IMG/VR virus record: IMGVR_UViG_3300032093_000049
Coordinates: 1 to 64,000 of that record
DNA length: 64,000 nt
Reading direction: 5' to 3' (one strand)
Origin: a virus
Positions within the stretch are counted from its first letter, which is position 1; every line of letters starts with the position of its first letter. This document shows positions 46,199 through 56,922 of this stretch, piece by piece. The notes under the pieces are model-generated. The model had not been told where the DNA came from. It did not search any database and saw only the letters and a list, made by a program, of their open reading frames with translations. Both the position numbers and the translations under genes were made by a program.

Positions 46199-47212
46199 TT
46201 AAGAGTTCCACAACTTTTCAATTTTGTTGTTGAGATCCTTAAGTATATCCTCATTAAGTGGATTTCTTAAGTACTCAATAACATCGGAAGTGTTTCTACC
46301 CATCATAGTTCCAGATTGAGTATGATAGATATGTCCATCTGCCTTATTAACAATATACTTAAAAAATATGGAATCTTTTACAATTGCTTTAATTTTTAAT
46401 GTTTCCATATCCATTGCTGCTGCATCTAGGAATCCTTTTGCAGCTCTTTCTTTGTTACCTTCAGTACCTTCACCATTGATATGCCTATCCATATTGTCAT
46501 AGATAACATCATTAGGAGTATACTTCTTATATTGTACACTTGCTGTATCTACTGCTTTAGCAATGTAGAACAACTTAGTGCTATTCTTATCAAATAGTTT
46601 CTGCAGTTCTGCAAGAGCTTTGTTTCTGAGTTTCTTGTACTCAGTTCTTGCACCGGCAGTTTCTTGTGCTTTATCTAAATAAAACTTAGGTGGTACTGCT
46701 TTAGATCTTGCTTCATCATAGCTACGTGCTACAATAGAGAACCCACCTGCTTCAATCGCATAAAGCTTAAGTCTATCAAATGGATCTTTTGGATCTAAGT
46801 ACAATGGTTCATTACCACATGATATAGATATCTTATTCCAGAATTCTGAATTATCAGGACGCAGAAGTTTTACATTGTTCCAAAAGTGTGTATCTTCTAC
46901 ATCTATTACATTAGCAGCTAATTCTCTTTCTAATTCTGCAACCGCATGTCTAATTTGTAGAATCTTTGCTGCTCTTTCTTCAGGATCTCTAATGAGTCTG
47001 ATTTCTGGAGCAAACTCATTGAGTCCAGTTACATATTGAACCACCCCATTCTTTTCTAAGCATGCAAGTTGTTCAGTATGGGTAACCCCATCAAATAAAG
47101 AAAGTCCGTAATCTTCTAGTCCCATGTTTGAAACTGATCTGTCAAAATAAGGTTTAATAGAGATAGCTGTTGCTTTAGTATCTCTTGTTTCTACCATTGT
47201 GAAATTTTCCAT
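46199..47212 (-). CDS. Conserved crAss-like hypothetical protein downstream of MCP
   Basis: 337-aa ORF immediately after the MCP terminator; FWNKISI...LDPKDP motif; AAAACCAACAACA leader. Confidence 0.55.
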   Translation of the reverse strand: MENFTMVETRDTKATAISIKPYFDRSVSNMGLEDYGLSLFDGVTHTEQLACLEKNGVVQYVTGLNEFAPEIRLIRDPEERAAKILQIRHAVAELERELAANVIDVEDTHFWNNVKLLRPDNSEFWNKISISCGNEPLYLDPKDPFDRLKLYAIEAGGFSIVARSYDEARSKAVPPKFYLDKAQETAGARTEYKKLRNKALAELQKLFDKNSTKLFYIAKAVDTASVQYKKYTPNDVIYDNMDRHINGEGTEGNKERAAKGFLDAAAMDMETLKIKAIVKDSIFFKYIVNKADGHIYHTQSGTMMGRNTSDVIEYLRNPLNEDILKDLNNKIEKLWNS

Positions 47213-47244
47213 TGTTGTTGGTTTTTATTTGTTGGTTAAAAATA

Positions 47245-47282
47245 GTAAAATAGGGAGGAGTATGAACCCCTCCCTATTTTAC
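47245..47282 (-). terminator. Intrinsic terminator after the major capsid gene
   Basis: Perfect 14-bp inverted repeat GTAAAATAGGGAGG / CCTCCCTATTTTAC with a 10-nt loop, followed by TATTTTT on the minus strand. Confidence 0.8.
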
Positions 47283-47294
47283 CGGTTGTATATA

Positions 47295-48911
47295 TTAGAA
47301 TGATCCACCAGTGATTGGGTTTCTCATAACAATCTTAAGGACTTTAGTTGGGTCCTTAACCCAGATAGCAGGCATTGTCTGAGACATCATCACACGGTAT
47401 CCATTGAATTGTCCAGAAGACTGGAATCCTTGAGTACGGCCCATGTAGTCCATAGTACCATTCTGATACCACCACTTAAGTTGGTTATCCCAAGACAACT
47501 TCAACAAGTAGATATTGTCGTTAGTGTTGTCAGTGATATCAAAGATGATAAAGCTATAAGAAGACAATGGGAAACCATCAATGATTGGGTTTTCAATGTC
47601 ATTAGTATGTACGTTGTCAAATGCTGGATTGAGGACAAACTTAACATTAGCCAAGAATGGAATAACGTAGCTTGTGTATGCAAATCCAAAGTTCAAGTCC
47701 ATACCCTTACCTGTGATTGCACCAATATCAGCAGCCTGGATAAGAAGACCAGAAGAGATTGCTTCTCTCTTGATAGCTTCATTAACCATACGCATACCAC
47801 CCATACCAGTTTGTACTACAAGTGAACGCTTAGGATCTGGACCCTGGAATTCAACCTTACCATTGAAGAAGTTGTAGATTTCTCCACGGAACAAATCAAG
47901 TGTAAAGTTATTCTTGTTGTACACACGCTTGAATGAGTTGTCAAGCTGCTTCCAGAGACCCACAGACAAACGGATATCATCTGGTCCATCCTGCTTAACA
48001 CGTCCTCCTTGTCCCCACATTAGGTAAGTCTCAATGTCAGTAGCAATCTTAGAAAGGTGTGCTGCTTCCATTGTAGTAAGGAATGTACGTGAAAGATCAC
48101 CATTATCAAAAGCTTTCTTTACTTTATCCTTACCCATTACCTTAACCATATCTTCCAAAGAAGCAATTGATGGATCAAGACCCTTGTCAAATGTTCTCCA
48201 GATCTCAGTTACAGGAACTGTACCATCTGCATTCATACCACCCTTGATCATCAAGTCTGCACGTGAAGAAATAGAGTAGTGAACATGTGCTTCTGCTCCT
48301 CCTACAAAGTTGTAGAATTCACGGAATCCTGCATTAGTAATGATGTCAGAGAAACGTTCTCCATACTCACCACGTGCAGAACCTTTACGGAATACCTTAG
48401 TACCATTAGCAAGATACTTGTTATCCAGATACTTGTAGTTATCATTGTTAACAAGTTGTACGGTATAGATGAATCCGTCTCCTACAGGAAGAATGTCATC
48501 CTGAGTAACGTACATTTCCACACCATTGTACTTGTCATATGTAAAGATATCTCCGTGACCAAACTCACGTCGGTTAATCTTTACTTTGAATGTAGTACCA
48601 TCAAGACCTTTGAAACCATTTTCTGGTTCAATGTCTTCAATGATGTAAGGAAGATCAATTGACACAGGTGTCTGCCAACGGTATTCACCACGTGCATTGT
48701 CAACCATAATTACATTCTTTCCTCCAAAAGAGGACATCTGATAAAGGGGCATTTCAACCTTCTGAGCCATAGCCCATAGGTCTACTGGACCAAGATCCAT
48801 TGGTTCTGCATCCTTCAACATGTTTGTTAGGTGGTATGAATCCACGTGTGATGAAGCTGCATAGGCAGTATCACGCATGAATATACCATTGTTTAAAACT
48901 GGAGTTGCCAT
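47295..48911 (-). CDS. Major capsid protein
   Basis: 538 aa, directly after the scaffold. EYRWQ, LMWG, GLWKQL and VQTGMGGM motifs resemble crAss-like HK97-fold MCPs. Strong leader and terminator. Confidence 0.85.
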   Translation of the reverse strand: MATPVLNNGIFMRDTAYAASSHVDSYHLTNMLKDAEPMDLGPVDLWAMAQKVEMPLYQMSSFGGKNVIMVDNARGEYRWQTPVSIDLPYIIEDIEPENGFKGLDGTTFKVKINRREFGHGDIFTYDKYNGVEMYVTQDDILPVGDGFIYTVQLVNNDNYKYLDNKYLANGTKVFRKGSARGEYGERFSDIITNAGFREFYNFVGGAEAHVHYSISSRADLMIKGGMNADGTVPVTEIWRTFDKGLDPSIASLEDMVKVMGKDKVKKAFDNGDLSRTFLTTMEAAHLSKIATDIETYLMWGQGGRVKQDGPDDIRLSVGLWKQLDNSFKRVYNKNNFTLDLFRGEIYNFFNGKVEFQGPDPKRSLVVQTGMGGMRMVNEAIKREAISSGLLIQAADIGAITGKGMDLNFGFAYTSYVIPFLANVKFVLNPAFDNVHTNDIENPIIDGFPLSSYSFIIFDITDNTNDNIYLLKLSWDNQLKWWYQNGTMDYMGRTQGFQSSGQFNGYRVMMSQTMPAIWVKDPTKVLKIVMRNPITGGSF

Positions 48912-48942
48912 TTGTTTATTTGTTTATTTGTTTGTTACTATA

Positions 48943-50184
48943 TTAAAATCGTCTAAATATATTTCCACTATTTCTTGACAATGTCTTCTGAACTGGTTTC
49001 TTTCTGGTTGGTTCTTCTTCTTGTGCAGATGAAGAAGTAAGTTTCCTTTGTTGTTCAGTCTTTAATTGTCTCACTGTTTTTTCTACAGCTTCTTTGCTAC
49101 CTTGTTCTCTTACACGTCCTTTGTATCCATCAGGATCTGCAAGTAACCATAATGCCTCTGCAATCAGATCATGTCTTGGTTCTACAAACTGATACTTTTC
49201 AAGCAAGTGACCAAGTAAGTTTGTTTGTTTACCAGAGATAGAAGGGTAGTTAGGTTGAACCAATCCTGAGTAAAGCAGTGATTGAGTTTTCTTGTCTAAC
49301 TTAATTCCTCCTACTTCTCCTGTTACAAGTGTATTATATACATTATCTGTATATGCTTTTGCTGCTTGTTCTTGCTGTTGTTTTTTTAATTCTTGTTCTG
49401 CAAGTTGCCTAGCAACAATCTCCTCTTGCATTTTGTCCAGCTTTGGTTTAAACTGGTTTGCCTTTTGCTCAAGTTTACCAAGATCTGCCCAATCAGTGAT
49501 TTCTGCTTCAATCTCTTCTGGAGTACCAAACTGAGTTGCATATAGATACTGTCTTGCAATCTCTTGTTGATCATACTCATCAGAAGGATCAAGTTGCCGC
49601 ATTTCTTCAACATGTGCTAGAGTACGGAATAAACCTTTAAGGTCTTGTCCACCATCTGCAACATACTTGGCAGCAATCTGAAGTTCTTCAGGCAATGCTT
49701 GAAAGAATTCCCTTGGAGTATTCTCTCTTACTTTGTTTTCCCTTTCTTGGAAGTTAGCTTCAAAAAGTTCTCTAAAGTCTTTTGTTGTATATTCCTCTAA
49801 AGGCTTATCATCATCAAAAGGAATTAGAGTACCTTCCTCAATCATTTTAGTTGCTAGTTCAGCAAGACCTGATTTATCAACCTTTGGTCTTCCTTTGTTA
49901 CCAGCATCTTCTTCCTGAGCAATAAGACTATCAAGTTCATTAATAGTCTCTTCAACTTCTTTAGGAGTTGCTTTCACTTCTACAGCAGGAGTTTCCTTCT
50001 CTGTAGGTTTGTCAAGGAACGTTGTGTCTACAGTCTCTCTTGTAAATACTGATTTCTTTTCTTCCTCTTCTTCTTTATTGTCTGCAGGGAGCATAACATT
50101 CTCTGCACCAGGCATTCCAAAGAGGTCATCAATATTCACATCCACTTGAGAGACGGATGTTGACTCATTTGTTGGTTCTGTCAT
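48943..50184 (-). CDS. Putative capsid scaffolding protein
   Basis: Acidic disordered N-terminus and coiled coils; lies between portal and MCP. Confidence 0.65.
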   Translation of the reverse strand: MTEPTNESTSVSQVDVNIDDLFGMPGAENVMLPADNKEEEEEKKSVFTRETVDTTFLDKPTEKETPAVEVKATPKEVEETINELDSLIAQEEDAGNKGRPKVDKSGLAELATKMIEEGTLIPFDDDKPLEEYTTKDFRELFEANFQERENKVRENTPREFFQALPEELQIAAKYVADGGQDLKGLFRTLAHVEEMRQLDPSDEYDQQEIARQYLYATQFGTPEEIEAEITDWADLGKLEQKANQFKPKLDKMQEEIVARQLAEQELKKQQQEQAAKAYTDNVYNTLVTGEVGGIKLDKKTQSLLYSGLVQPNYPSISGKQTNLLGHLLEKYQFVEPRHDLIAEALWLLADPDGYKGRVREQGSKEAVEKTVRQLKTEQQRKLTSSSAQEEEPTRKKPVQKTLSRNSGNIFRRF

Positions 50185-50292
50185 TGTTGTTGGTTTTATT
50201 TATTACTTAATTTAATATAAGAAGAATAAGTGAAATAAACTTCAAAAATTTAAAGTTTCTGAAACGTTTTTTGCACTATATAGCTAAATAGA

Positions 50293-53022
50293 TTATTCTT
50301 TATCATATTTATTTTTGTTCTCCCTAGCAATCTGCAATTGTTTATCAGCTATTTCTTTCTGAGCTTGTATCTTTTCTCTTTCAATTTGATTCTTCTCTGA
50401 AGAAAGCATATTTCTATTTGTTTCCTTTTGTCTTTCTAAACTTGTCTGTTCTTGATACTGTTCAGTTTGTCTGATTTCTTTCATAGCATCACTATAGTCA
50501 GACATCAAGTTTTGATTAAGGTCAACCATTGATCCCATACCAGCAGATCTAATTTCTGCAACAAGAATATCACGTTGTCTATTCTTCTCAGCCTCCATTG
50601 CTTCATGGTCTCTTCTAAGTTGTTCTTCTTGAGCTTTAGCCTGAAGCATCTGTTCTTGCATTTGCTGTTGCTGTTGCATTTCTTGCTGCTTCATCTGAGT
50701 AGACTTATCTTCTGCCGTTTTAAGTACTGTATTAAGCTCTGCAATAGAATCAGACTGTACTACTCTACCTAAGTCATATATAGAAGCACCGGTAGTGTTA
50801 TTCTGTAGAGCCATTGCTTTTAACTGTTCTAGTATAGCCCTATGATTTGCAGTAGTAGTACAGAATATATTAAGATCTCTAAGAAGTAAATCAGTACCGT
50901 TGATTTCAAAGTTTACTTTTTCATCTGCTCCAGTAATATATGACAATCTTACTGAAGGTTTATTAGAGTGGTAGTACTGAGCTAAGTCTGTACGCATTTG
51001 ATGCACCCTTGGCATTAGATAATCACAGTGCTGGATAAAGTACATCTCTGTTTGTGCATAAGATGCATTTACTGCTTGTTCTACACCGGTAGCAGTTTGC
51101 TGTGATAACTGTTGACCCATCCTTTGGGGGTTAACACCAATTACTTCATATGCTTGTTGCTTAAAGTAATTAGCTAGGTTAACCCTGGAAAGCAAACGGT
51201 TTGTTTGTTCTAGGTCAAGTTTTTGGAAGTGCTGGAAATTTAATGCATTCTCTGTATTTGTAATAGAAGTGTCCAGTGGTAACATCTGGAAGTTCTTCAT
51301 TGCCACATAAGCTTTTGCTAAGTTATTCTTACCCCAGTCTTCATTCATGGAGTGTCTAGGAAGTGCATTCTGATCTAAAAGAATAACTGTACCTAGTTCA
51401 TCAACAAGGATATCTGCAATCTGGTTATTAACAATATTATATCCAATCTGGTATGGCTTCATTAAGTCAATAAGAGCAGTAGACTTAGTGTTCCTATCTG
51501 AGAATACAGAACCTTCTACTGGTAGTTTACATCCATATAGAGTTGCATCACCCTTAAACTGAAACTTAATAGGACCTATTTTGTTTTTATCTACACCTAT
51601 GTAAATTGGAGTAAATCCACCTGGGTTATTCATACCCCAGAATGATGGAATGTTTGGTCCAATCTTTACACCACCCCATACCTCATTGATCCAAATCCAA
51701 TCTATATGTTCACCATACACCAGATTATCTTTAGTTCTGTTCTTAAAGAGTCTAGTATCATAGATAGGTTTGTCTGTAACTTTATAATCTTCTGTTACAA
51801 TCTCAGTAACAACTTCACCATTGTCTGCTACTTTAGTAAGATGTCCTACTTTACGCTGTGACTTCCAGTAGCATGTTGTTACTCTTAGTAAGTATGCAGT
51901 ACCTGCAGTATCATAATCTTCACCTTCAGAAAGAATTTGTGTTACTACATCACCTCCCTGTAGTACAGATCCTGCCATCATAGATGTGTATTGACGGTAT
52001 GCAAGTGAAGGCATGTTTACGTTCCACTCATGAGTTCTTGTAGCATCATAATAAGAACCATCATTTTGGAGACCACCAATATTATAACCCGCAGATCTAA
52101 TAGGATATATTGCTTCTAGTGCTTCTAATTGATCTTCAGTCATTAAGTATCCATACCTGTCAATTACATCAGCAACAGTATACATATCTGTTTTCCCTAC
52201 CCAGTTAGCTTGAGATATATATCTTGCATCTGGTGACTTATGATAGAATGTAAGAACAGGATTCCATAGTTCTACTTCATAGTCATCTTCCATCATACGG
52301 AAATGCCAGAACTCTCTATCTGTAATAAGCATGTCACGGAAACCTCTTTCTTCAAGCTCATCCATCTTGAATCTTTCTACATCAATCTTATGTTGATGTG
52401 AAGCCCACTGTTCTACCATAGATTTGTAGTCTTTCTTAAAGAACTGTTCTATCTCTGGTAATGACTTTAGATTCTGTGGGTTTAATTGTTGTTGTGCTTC
52501 TTCTGATTGTGGATCTAGACCTTGCTCCATTAATGCGGCAACAATTTTCATTTGAGCATCTGCCATTAATACTTCTTCTACAGCAGCTCTTTTTTGTTCC
52601 AACATCTCATTATATGAGAACTCATCTATTGCACGGTAAGTAAGTTTAGTGGATCTCTTTGCAAACTCTGCTACTAAAACATTAATAACATTAGGGATAA
52701 TAGGGTAGAACTTTAATTCTAGTGCAGTAGCATCTTCTTTTGTAAGAGTTTCAATAATATCTACATACTCATTGTCTTCCTCTACAATGTAGTCTGTTCT
52801 GTCTATAATACCCTTTGCAAGCTTGTAGTTCTTCATTAACCTACGTGCATTCCTGCGTAGTTGCTTAAGTCCATTCCACTCTAGCCAGTCTAAGTTCCAT
52901 GCTGCCCACTCTTCATCTTTATCTTTTTTTGGTATAAACTGAAGTGGCTGAGTAATACTACCCATCCTATTGTGTTGAACTTTTGCTCCCTTCTTGAGCT
53001 GTAAGGCGTTATATACCTGCAT
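50293..53022 (-). CDS. Portal protein
   Basis: 909 aa between TerL and scaffold; YPIIPNVINVL, WINEVWGG, LMKPYQ and Gln-rich C-terminal coiled coil typical of crAss-like portals. Confidence 0.85.
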   Translation of the reverse strand: MQVYNALQLKKGAKVQHNRMGSITQPLQFIPKKDKDEEWAAWNLDWLEWNGLKQLRRNARRLMKNYKLAKGIIDRTDYIVEEDNEYVDIIETLTKEDATALELKFYPIIPNVINVLVAEFAKRSTKLTYRAIDEFSYNEMLEQKRAAVEEVLMADAQMKIVAALMEQGLDPQSEEAQQQLNPQNLKSLPEIEQFFKKDYKSMVEQWASHQHKIDVERFKMDELEERGFRDMLITDREFWHFRMMEDDYEVELWNPVLTFYHKSPDARYISQANWVGKTDMYTVADVIDRYGYLMTEDQLEALEAIYPIRSAGYNIGGLQNDGSYYDATRTHEWNVNMPSLAYRQYTSMMAGSVLQGGDVVTQILSEGEDYDTAGTAYLLRVTTCYWKSQRKVGHLTKVADNGEVVTEIVTEDYKVTDKPIYDTRLFKNRTKDNLVYGEHIDWIWINEVWGGVKIGPNIPSFWGMNNPGGFTPIYIGVDKNKIGPIKFQFKGDATLYGCKLPVEGSVFSDRNTKSTALIDLMKPYQIGYNIVNNQIADILVDELGTVILLDQNALPRHSMNEDWGKNNLAKAYVAMKNFQMLPLDTSITNTENALNFQHFQKLDLEQTNRLLSRVNLANYFKQQAYEVIGVNPQRMGQQLSQQTATGVEQAVNASYAQTEMYFIQHCDYLMPRVHQMRTDLAQYYHSNKPSVRLSYITGADEKVNFEINGTDLLLRDLNIFCTTTANHRAILEQLKAMALQNNTTGASIYDLGRVVQSDSIAELNTVLKTAEDKSTQMKQQEMQQQQQMQEQMLQAKAQEEQLRRDHEAMEAEKNRQRDILVAEIRSAGMGSMVDLNQNLMSDYSDAMKEIRQTEQYQEQTSLERQKETNRNMLSSEKNQIEREKIQAQKEIADKQLQIARENKNKYDKE

Positions 53023-53027
53023 AGCTT

Positions 53028-55232
53028 TTATTTAAAATGTTTAAACGGTGAACGTTTATATTGTTGTCCATTAGCAAGTTTACCCTTTCCCATATGCCGG
53101 AAAGGGCTATTAGATAATTTAAACAAATTATCTGACTTTTGCAACTTTTTAGCTGCATCATCCATTATAGTTCTTTTTATATAACCTCTATTAGATTCTT
53201 GAATTTTCATAAATGCAACTAGTGCACAGAAAGAAACTAACCGGTCAACGTTGAGTCCTTCCACATACTCCTTCATTTCTTTGATGAGCATTGGATCTTT
53301 TATTCTCTCTATTCCATATATAGTTTTTAGTATGGAGCCATCCTCTGTTGTTATTACATCAAGTTCCTCCCGGATGTATTCTATAGCATAACTAATTAGA
53401 TGTGACCTAAAGAGTGTACCAGTGTTCTTCCACCCATATTCTTGGAATACATTAGCATTAGCCTGAAGATCTTTAAGAAACATTATCTGAGTTCTTGGTA
53501 CTAGATACTTTTGTTTCTTACGGGATATCATGTACTGAATAAAAAGAGATATGTTATTTTCTATTACAGTCCAGGCATTATACCATTCTATAATAAGTTC
53601 TAATCTCTCATGTGTTTTCTTTATATCATCAAACCTGCCACACCATGCTGCTACCATTTGACTTTGTTCTATAAAGTTCTCTGTTTCAACACCATTAACT
53701 TTAGTTACTTCAACCGGTGCTTTCATTACATATATAGAACACAGTGATTCTGAGGTAGTTGTCTTACCTTCAGATACGGGGTCAATAGATGCATAATACA
53801 TTCCAAAGGTTGGATCCTTTACCGGTCTTTCCCATACTACAAGAGTTCCTGTTTTATCTTCAGTCTTTTTAGATATTGGGAATTCAGATATAGGAAGTTT
53901 GTTTGTTGCTTTTACTGCAGGTTTACCATTATCATCAGCATAGATATCTAAGAACTCATATGCATATTCTTTGTCTTCAATTCTCCTTTGTTGAGCACCA
54001 AGAAGATGTGGTGGAAATATAGATGCTTTTCTATATGCAAATGCTTCTTCAATGTTTCTAGGTCTCTGTGATACTTCAAGCTGGTAATCTTCTGGAGTCA
54101 TTTCCCTCTTACACTTATCAAAGTACTCATCAAGAGCTTTGAGTGCTTCTTCTACTTGGGAGTTACCATAATTATCTATAAAAGGAGGCATTGACCACTG
54201 CTCAGGAATAAATAGTCCTGTTCTTCCTATAGTACCTTCTGAATCTATTAGATTAGTATCTACTGCATATATCTGATTAACCTCTGGTTTAAGAACCATA
54301 TTCTTTAGTGGAACACACTGATCCAAGTCACCCACAGATCCTGCTGCTATAAACATACCTGTGGTAATCATACCTGATTTAAGTGCAGGTTTAATATATC
54401 CATATGTTTGATCCATCTTAGGTGCAATACCTGCTTCTTCATGAAAGAAGTACTTTACTGGTCCACCGACACCATTAGTAGGATCCTTTTCAAAAGACAT
54501 ACCTTGTATTACACCTTTGAGACCTACTTCTGTTTTACGGTTACCTTTTCTTACTTCAATCTTCTGCTGCCACATCATTACTTTGTCTGGTGACATTGGA
54601 CGGTACCATGCAGTATGTTCATTTAAGAATGCGGCATATTCATTTAAAAATTTCCAAGAACCTTTCTCATTGATATAATCTTTGAGTGATGCACCCATCT
54701 TAAGAGTAACCCCTTCTTCAAACCATATCTGGTTGATGAATTTACCCATGTGAAAATATGATGATGCTATCTGACGTTTCTTAAGAATAGCAGCATGCAT
54801 ATAGTATAGTTCTGCTAAACATTCATATAGGGCCATATGATACTGTGCATCCCTGATTTTGGCAAAACCAAATGCTTGTATCTCTTTATCAAAGATTGGT
54901 AAGAAGTTTAACCACATATAGTAGTCTCTGGTAAGATACCATATTTCCTTACCTGACTTAACTAATATACCTTGTCTGCATTTCTTCTTTTGATCATCCC
55001 AGTAAGCTATAAAATCTTTGGACTTAAAGGGTGCAGTACAGTAAACCTTTTCCTTAGCAAATATTTGAGCTTGCTCATTAAATACTTTGGATGTATCTGA
55101 GTTAAAGTTATATTGACCTGGTTCTTTAAAAATAGAAAACACAAAAGTTCTAAAGTCTTCTTTAGAATCAAAACTTGTAGTAGTCCAAGTACCGTTATCC
55201 CAGGTTGGTATGTCTATCCAAATATTATCCAT
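53028..55232 (-). CDS. terL: Terminase large subunit
   Basis: Walker A-like LKKRQIASSY, Walker B FFHEEAG, nuclease-domain ASIDPV, IENN and NVDRLVS. Confidence 0.9.
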   Translation of the reverse strand: MDNIWIDIPTWDNGTWTTTSFDSKEDFRTFVFSIFKEPGQYNFNSDTSKVFNEQAQIFAKEKVYCTAPFKSKDFIAYWDDQKKKCRQGILVKSGKEIWYLTRDYYMWLNFLPIFDKEIQAFGFAKIRDAQYHMALYECLAELYYMHAAILKKRQIASSYFHMGKFINQIWFEEGVTLKMGASLKDYINEKGSWKFLNEYAAFLNEHTAWYRPMSPDKVMMWQQKIEVRKGNRKTEVGLKGVIQGMSFEKDPTNGVGGPVKYFFHEEAGIAPKMDQTYGYIKPALKSGMITTGMFIAAGSVGDLDQCVPLKNMVLKPEVNQIYAVDTNLIDSEGTIGRTGLFIPEQWSMPPFIDNYGNSQVEEALKALDEYFDKCKREMTPEDYQLEVSQRPRNIEEAFAYRKASIFPPHLLGAQQRRIEDKEYAYEFLDIYADDNGKPAVKATNKLPISEFPISKKTEDKTGTLVVWERPVKDPTFGMYYASIDPVSEGKTTTSESLCSIYVMKAPVEVTKVNGVETENFIEQSQMVAAWCGRFDDIKKTHERLELIIEWYNAWTVIENNISLFIQYMISRKKQKYLVPRTQIMFLKDLQANANVFQEYGWKNTGTLFRSHLISYAIEYIREELDVITTEDGSILKTIYGIERIKDPMLIKEMKEYVEGLNVDRLVSFCALVAFMKIQESNRGYIKRTIMDDAAKKLQKSDNLFKLSNSPFRHMGKGKLANGQQYKRSPFKHFK

Positions 55233-55747
55233 TACATATCATATGCAAGACCCTGACCACCTCTTACTCTACTTTGTTGTTCTTCCTGTAGATCTTTATA
55301 CACACCCTTGAAGGATTGTCTAATACTGTCAAAGTCTTTAGCAATTGCTCTAATCTGTGCTATATTACCATCTTTACCATCAGTGATTTGTGTGGTAGCA
55401 AGATATCTTGAGATTCTGTCTAGTGCTTTCTGCATGCCCTCATACGCGCGTGAGGTAGGTGTTTCATACATTCTCTCACAGAACTTAAGTGCTGTTGATA
55501 TATCATCATCTTCAGTAGAGAACTCTGCTTCTATTTCATCTAGTATAAGCTCCTCTTTGTCCATGTGCGGCACATTGAAAAAAGGATTCATATCTGGATT
55601 CGGACAAGTCATGTAGAAAAGGTACTGATATATTTTCAAATAATCATCAGGATAATTATCCATTATATCTTTTAGTGATTTTAGTGTATAACAGTGTTCT
55701 GTAGGAATCACTTTACCGTTTTGAACATCAAATAGTCTTGCTATCAT
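55232..55747 (-). CDS. Putative terminase small subunit
   Basis: 171 aa, TAATG-coupled to TerL; helical with a VRGG C-terminus. Assignment is positional. Confidence 0.45.
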   Translation of the reverse strand: MIARLFDVQNGKVIPTEHCYTLKSLKDIMDNYPDDYLKIYQYLFYMTCPNPDMNPFFNVPHMDKEELILDEIEAEFSTEDDDISTALKFCERMYETPTSRAYEGMQKALDRISRYLATTQITDGKDGNIAQIRAIAKDFDSIRQSFKGVYKDLQEEQQSRVRGGQGLAYDM

Positions 55748-56577
55748 TTCTTAGTTATTTTGTCTCGGTTATCATGTAACCAGTTAATTATTGATATAAC
55801 TTCATCTTTAAGATAAGGTACTTTAAGAGGTATAACTTCTTTTACAATAGGATCTCCTTCAATAGAGTACTTTGTAATAGGATAGCCATACTCATCTTTA
55901 CCTTCTTCTTCAAAGACTATGTGGTGTATGTATATATCTCCTGGTTTTAATTTAGGATTGTGCTTTAGTATAATATACATATAAATACTAAGCTGTAGAG
56001 AATAATGATTAAAGTTACAGTCATCTAAGTTATTTACCGGGTGTAACATCTTCTTAGATATACCTTCCCAGTCTTTGAAAGATTCTGTCTTTATCTCTTT
56101 GTTTGTTTTGTAATCTATGATATGTACTCTACCATTAACTACTTCAACTAAATCAGATTGACCGCATATACCTGCAGACTTAAGATATACCATATGTTCA
56201 GGATATATACCATCGGTAAGTCTTTGTGGGGGTGCAGTCTTAACATTATTCTCTTGTATAGGTGTATACACAGGAATTGGTATACCTTCCTTTTCTATTG
56301 ACGATAAAGAACAAATATCAGATTCTCTTTGGTTATGATAAAAGGTACCCAGTGCAATAGCTCTGTCTGATTCAGCTTGCCATAACTCAAGTATCTTATC
56401 TGGTGGTACACCATACCACTTAGATCTTTTAGACTTTGTTATTTTAGCCGCAATACCTTTTGCATCAAAAGGTTCTTTTAAGCTGGAAACAAGTGATGTA
56501 ACACTTATCCAATTTATGTCTTCTGCATTATCAATGCTTTTATAGCTATGATCTGCAGCATTAAATACTATACTCAT
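55744..56577 (-). CDS. PD-(D/E)xK exonuclease-like protein
   Basis: SVTSLV, GTFYH, PEHMVY, GQSDLV, IIDYKTN and YSLQLSIY motifs. Confidence 0.85.
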   Translation of the reverse strand: MSIVFNAADHSYKSIDNAEDINWISVTSLVSSLKEPFDAKGIAAKITKSKRSKWYGVPPDKILELWQAESDRAIALGTFYHNQRESDICSLSSIEKEGIPIPVYTPIQENNVKTAPPQRLTDGIYPEHMVYLKSAGICGQSDLVEVVNGRVHIIDYKTNKEIKTESFKDWEGISKKMLHPVNNLDDCNFNHYSLQLSIYMYIILKHNPKLKPGDIYIHHIVFEEEGKDEYGYPITKYSIEGDPIVKEVIPLKVPYLKDEVISIINWLHDNRDKITKK

Positions 56578-56921
56578 GCATTTTCAATTATAGAATCAGC
56601 TAGTGTAATTGATGCTTCATCATTTGACATTAGCATCTTTCTTATGTTTATAATCTCGTCTTGTGTAAACTTGCCTTCCATAGAAAGCATCTTTAGTCTT
56701 AATAGTTTGTTATCTAGTTCTAGTTTCTTTACTCTTTCTTCAAGTAATACTACCGGACTTTTATAAGTATTTTCAACAACACTTCTTTTCCACTTATCAG
56801 GATCTATTGATGTAGTTGTTGATGTTATTGTTTGATGCTTATCTACTGGGTTACCCATACTACTCCAAGTTTCTAAAAACTTTTCAGGATCCCAATTCTC
56901 TGGTGTACTGTTTGAATACAT
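56574..56921 (-). CDS. Hypothetical protein
   Basis: 115-aa ORF with a short coiled coil, ATGA-coupled to the next gene. Confidence 0.6.
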   Translation of the reverse strand: MYSNSTPENWDPEKFLETWSSMGNPVDKHQTITSTTTSIDPDKWKRSVVENTYKSPVVLLEERVKKLELDNKLLRLKMLSMEGKFTQDEIINIRKMLMSNDEASITLADSIIENA

Positions 56922-56922
56922 A

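Noticed and set aside
46189-46254. N-terminal extension of the 45739 ORF
   Set aside because: It overlaps the upstream gene; an ATG 10 nt after that gene's stop is available.
55744-56577. Cas4 / CRISPR-associated interpretation of the nuclease
   Set aside because: It lacks the C-terminal Cys triad of the Cas4 Fe-S cluster, and no repeat-spacer array is visible in the window.
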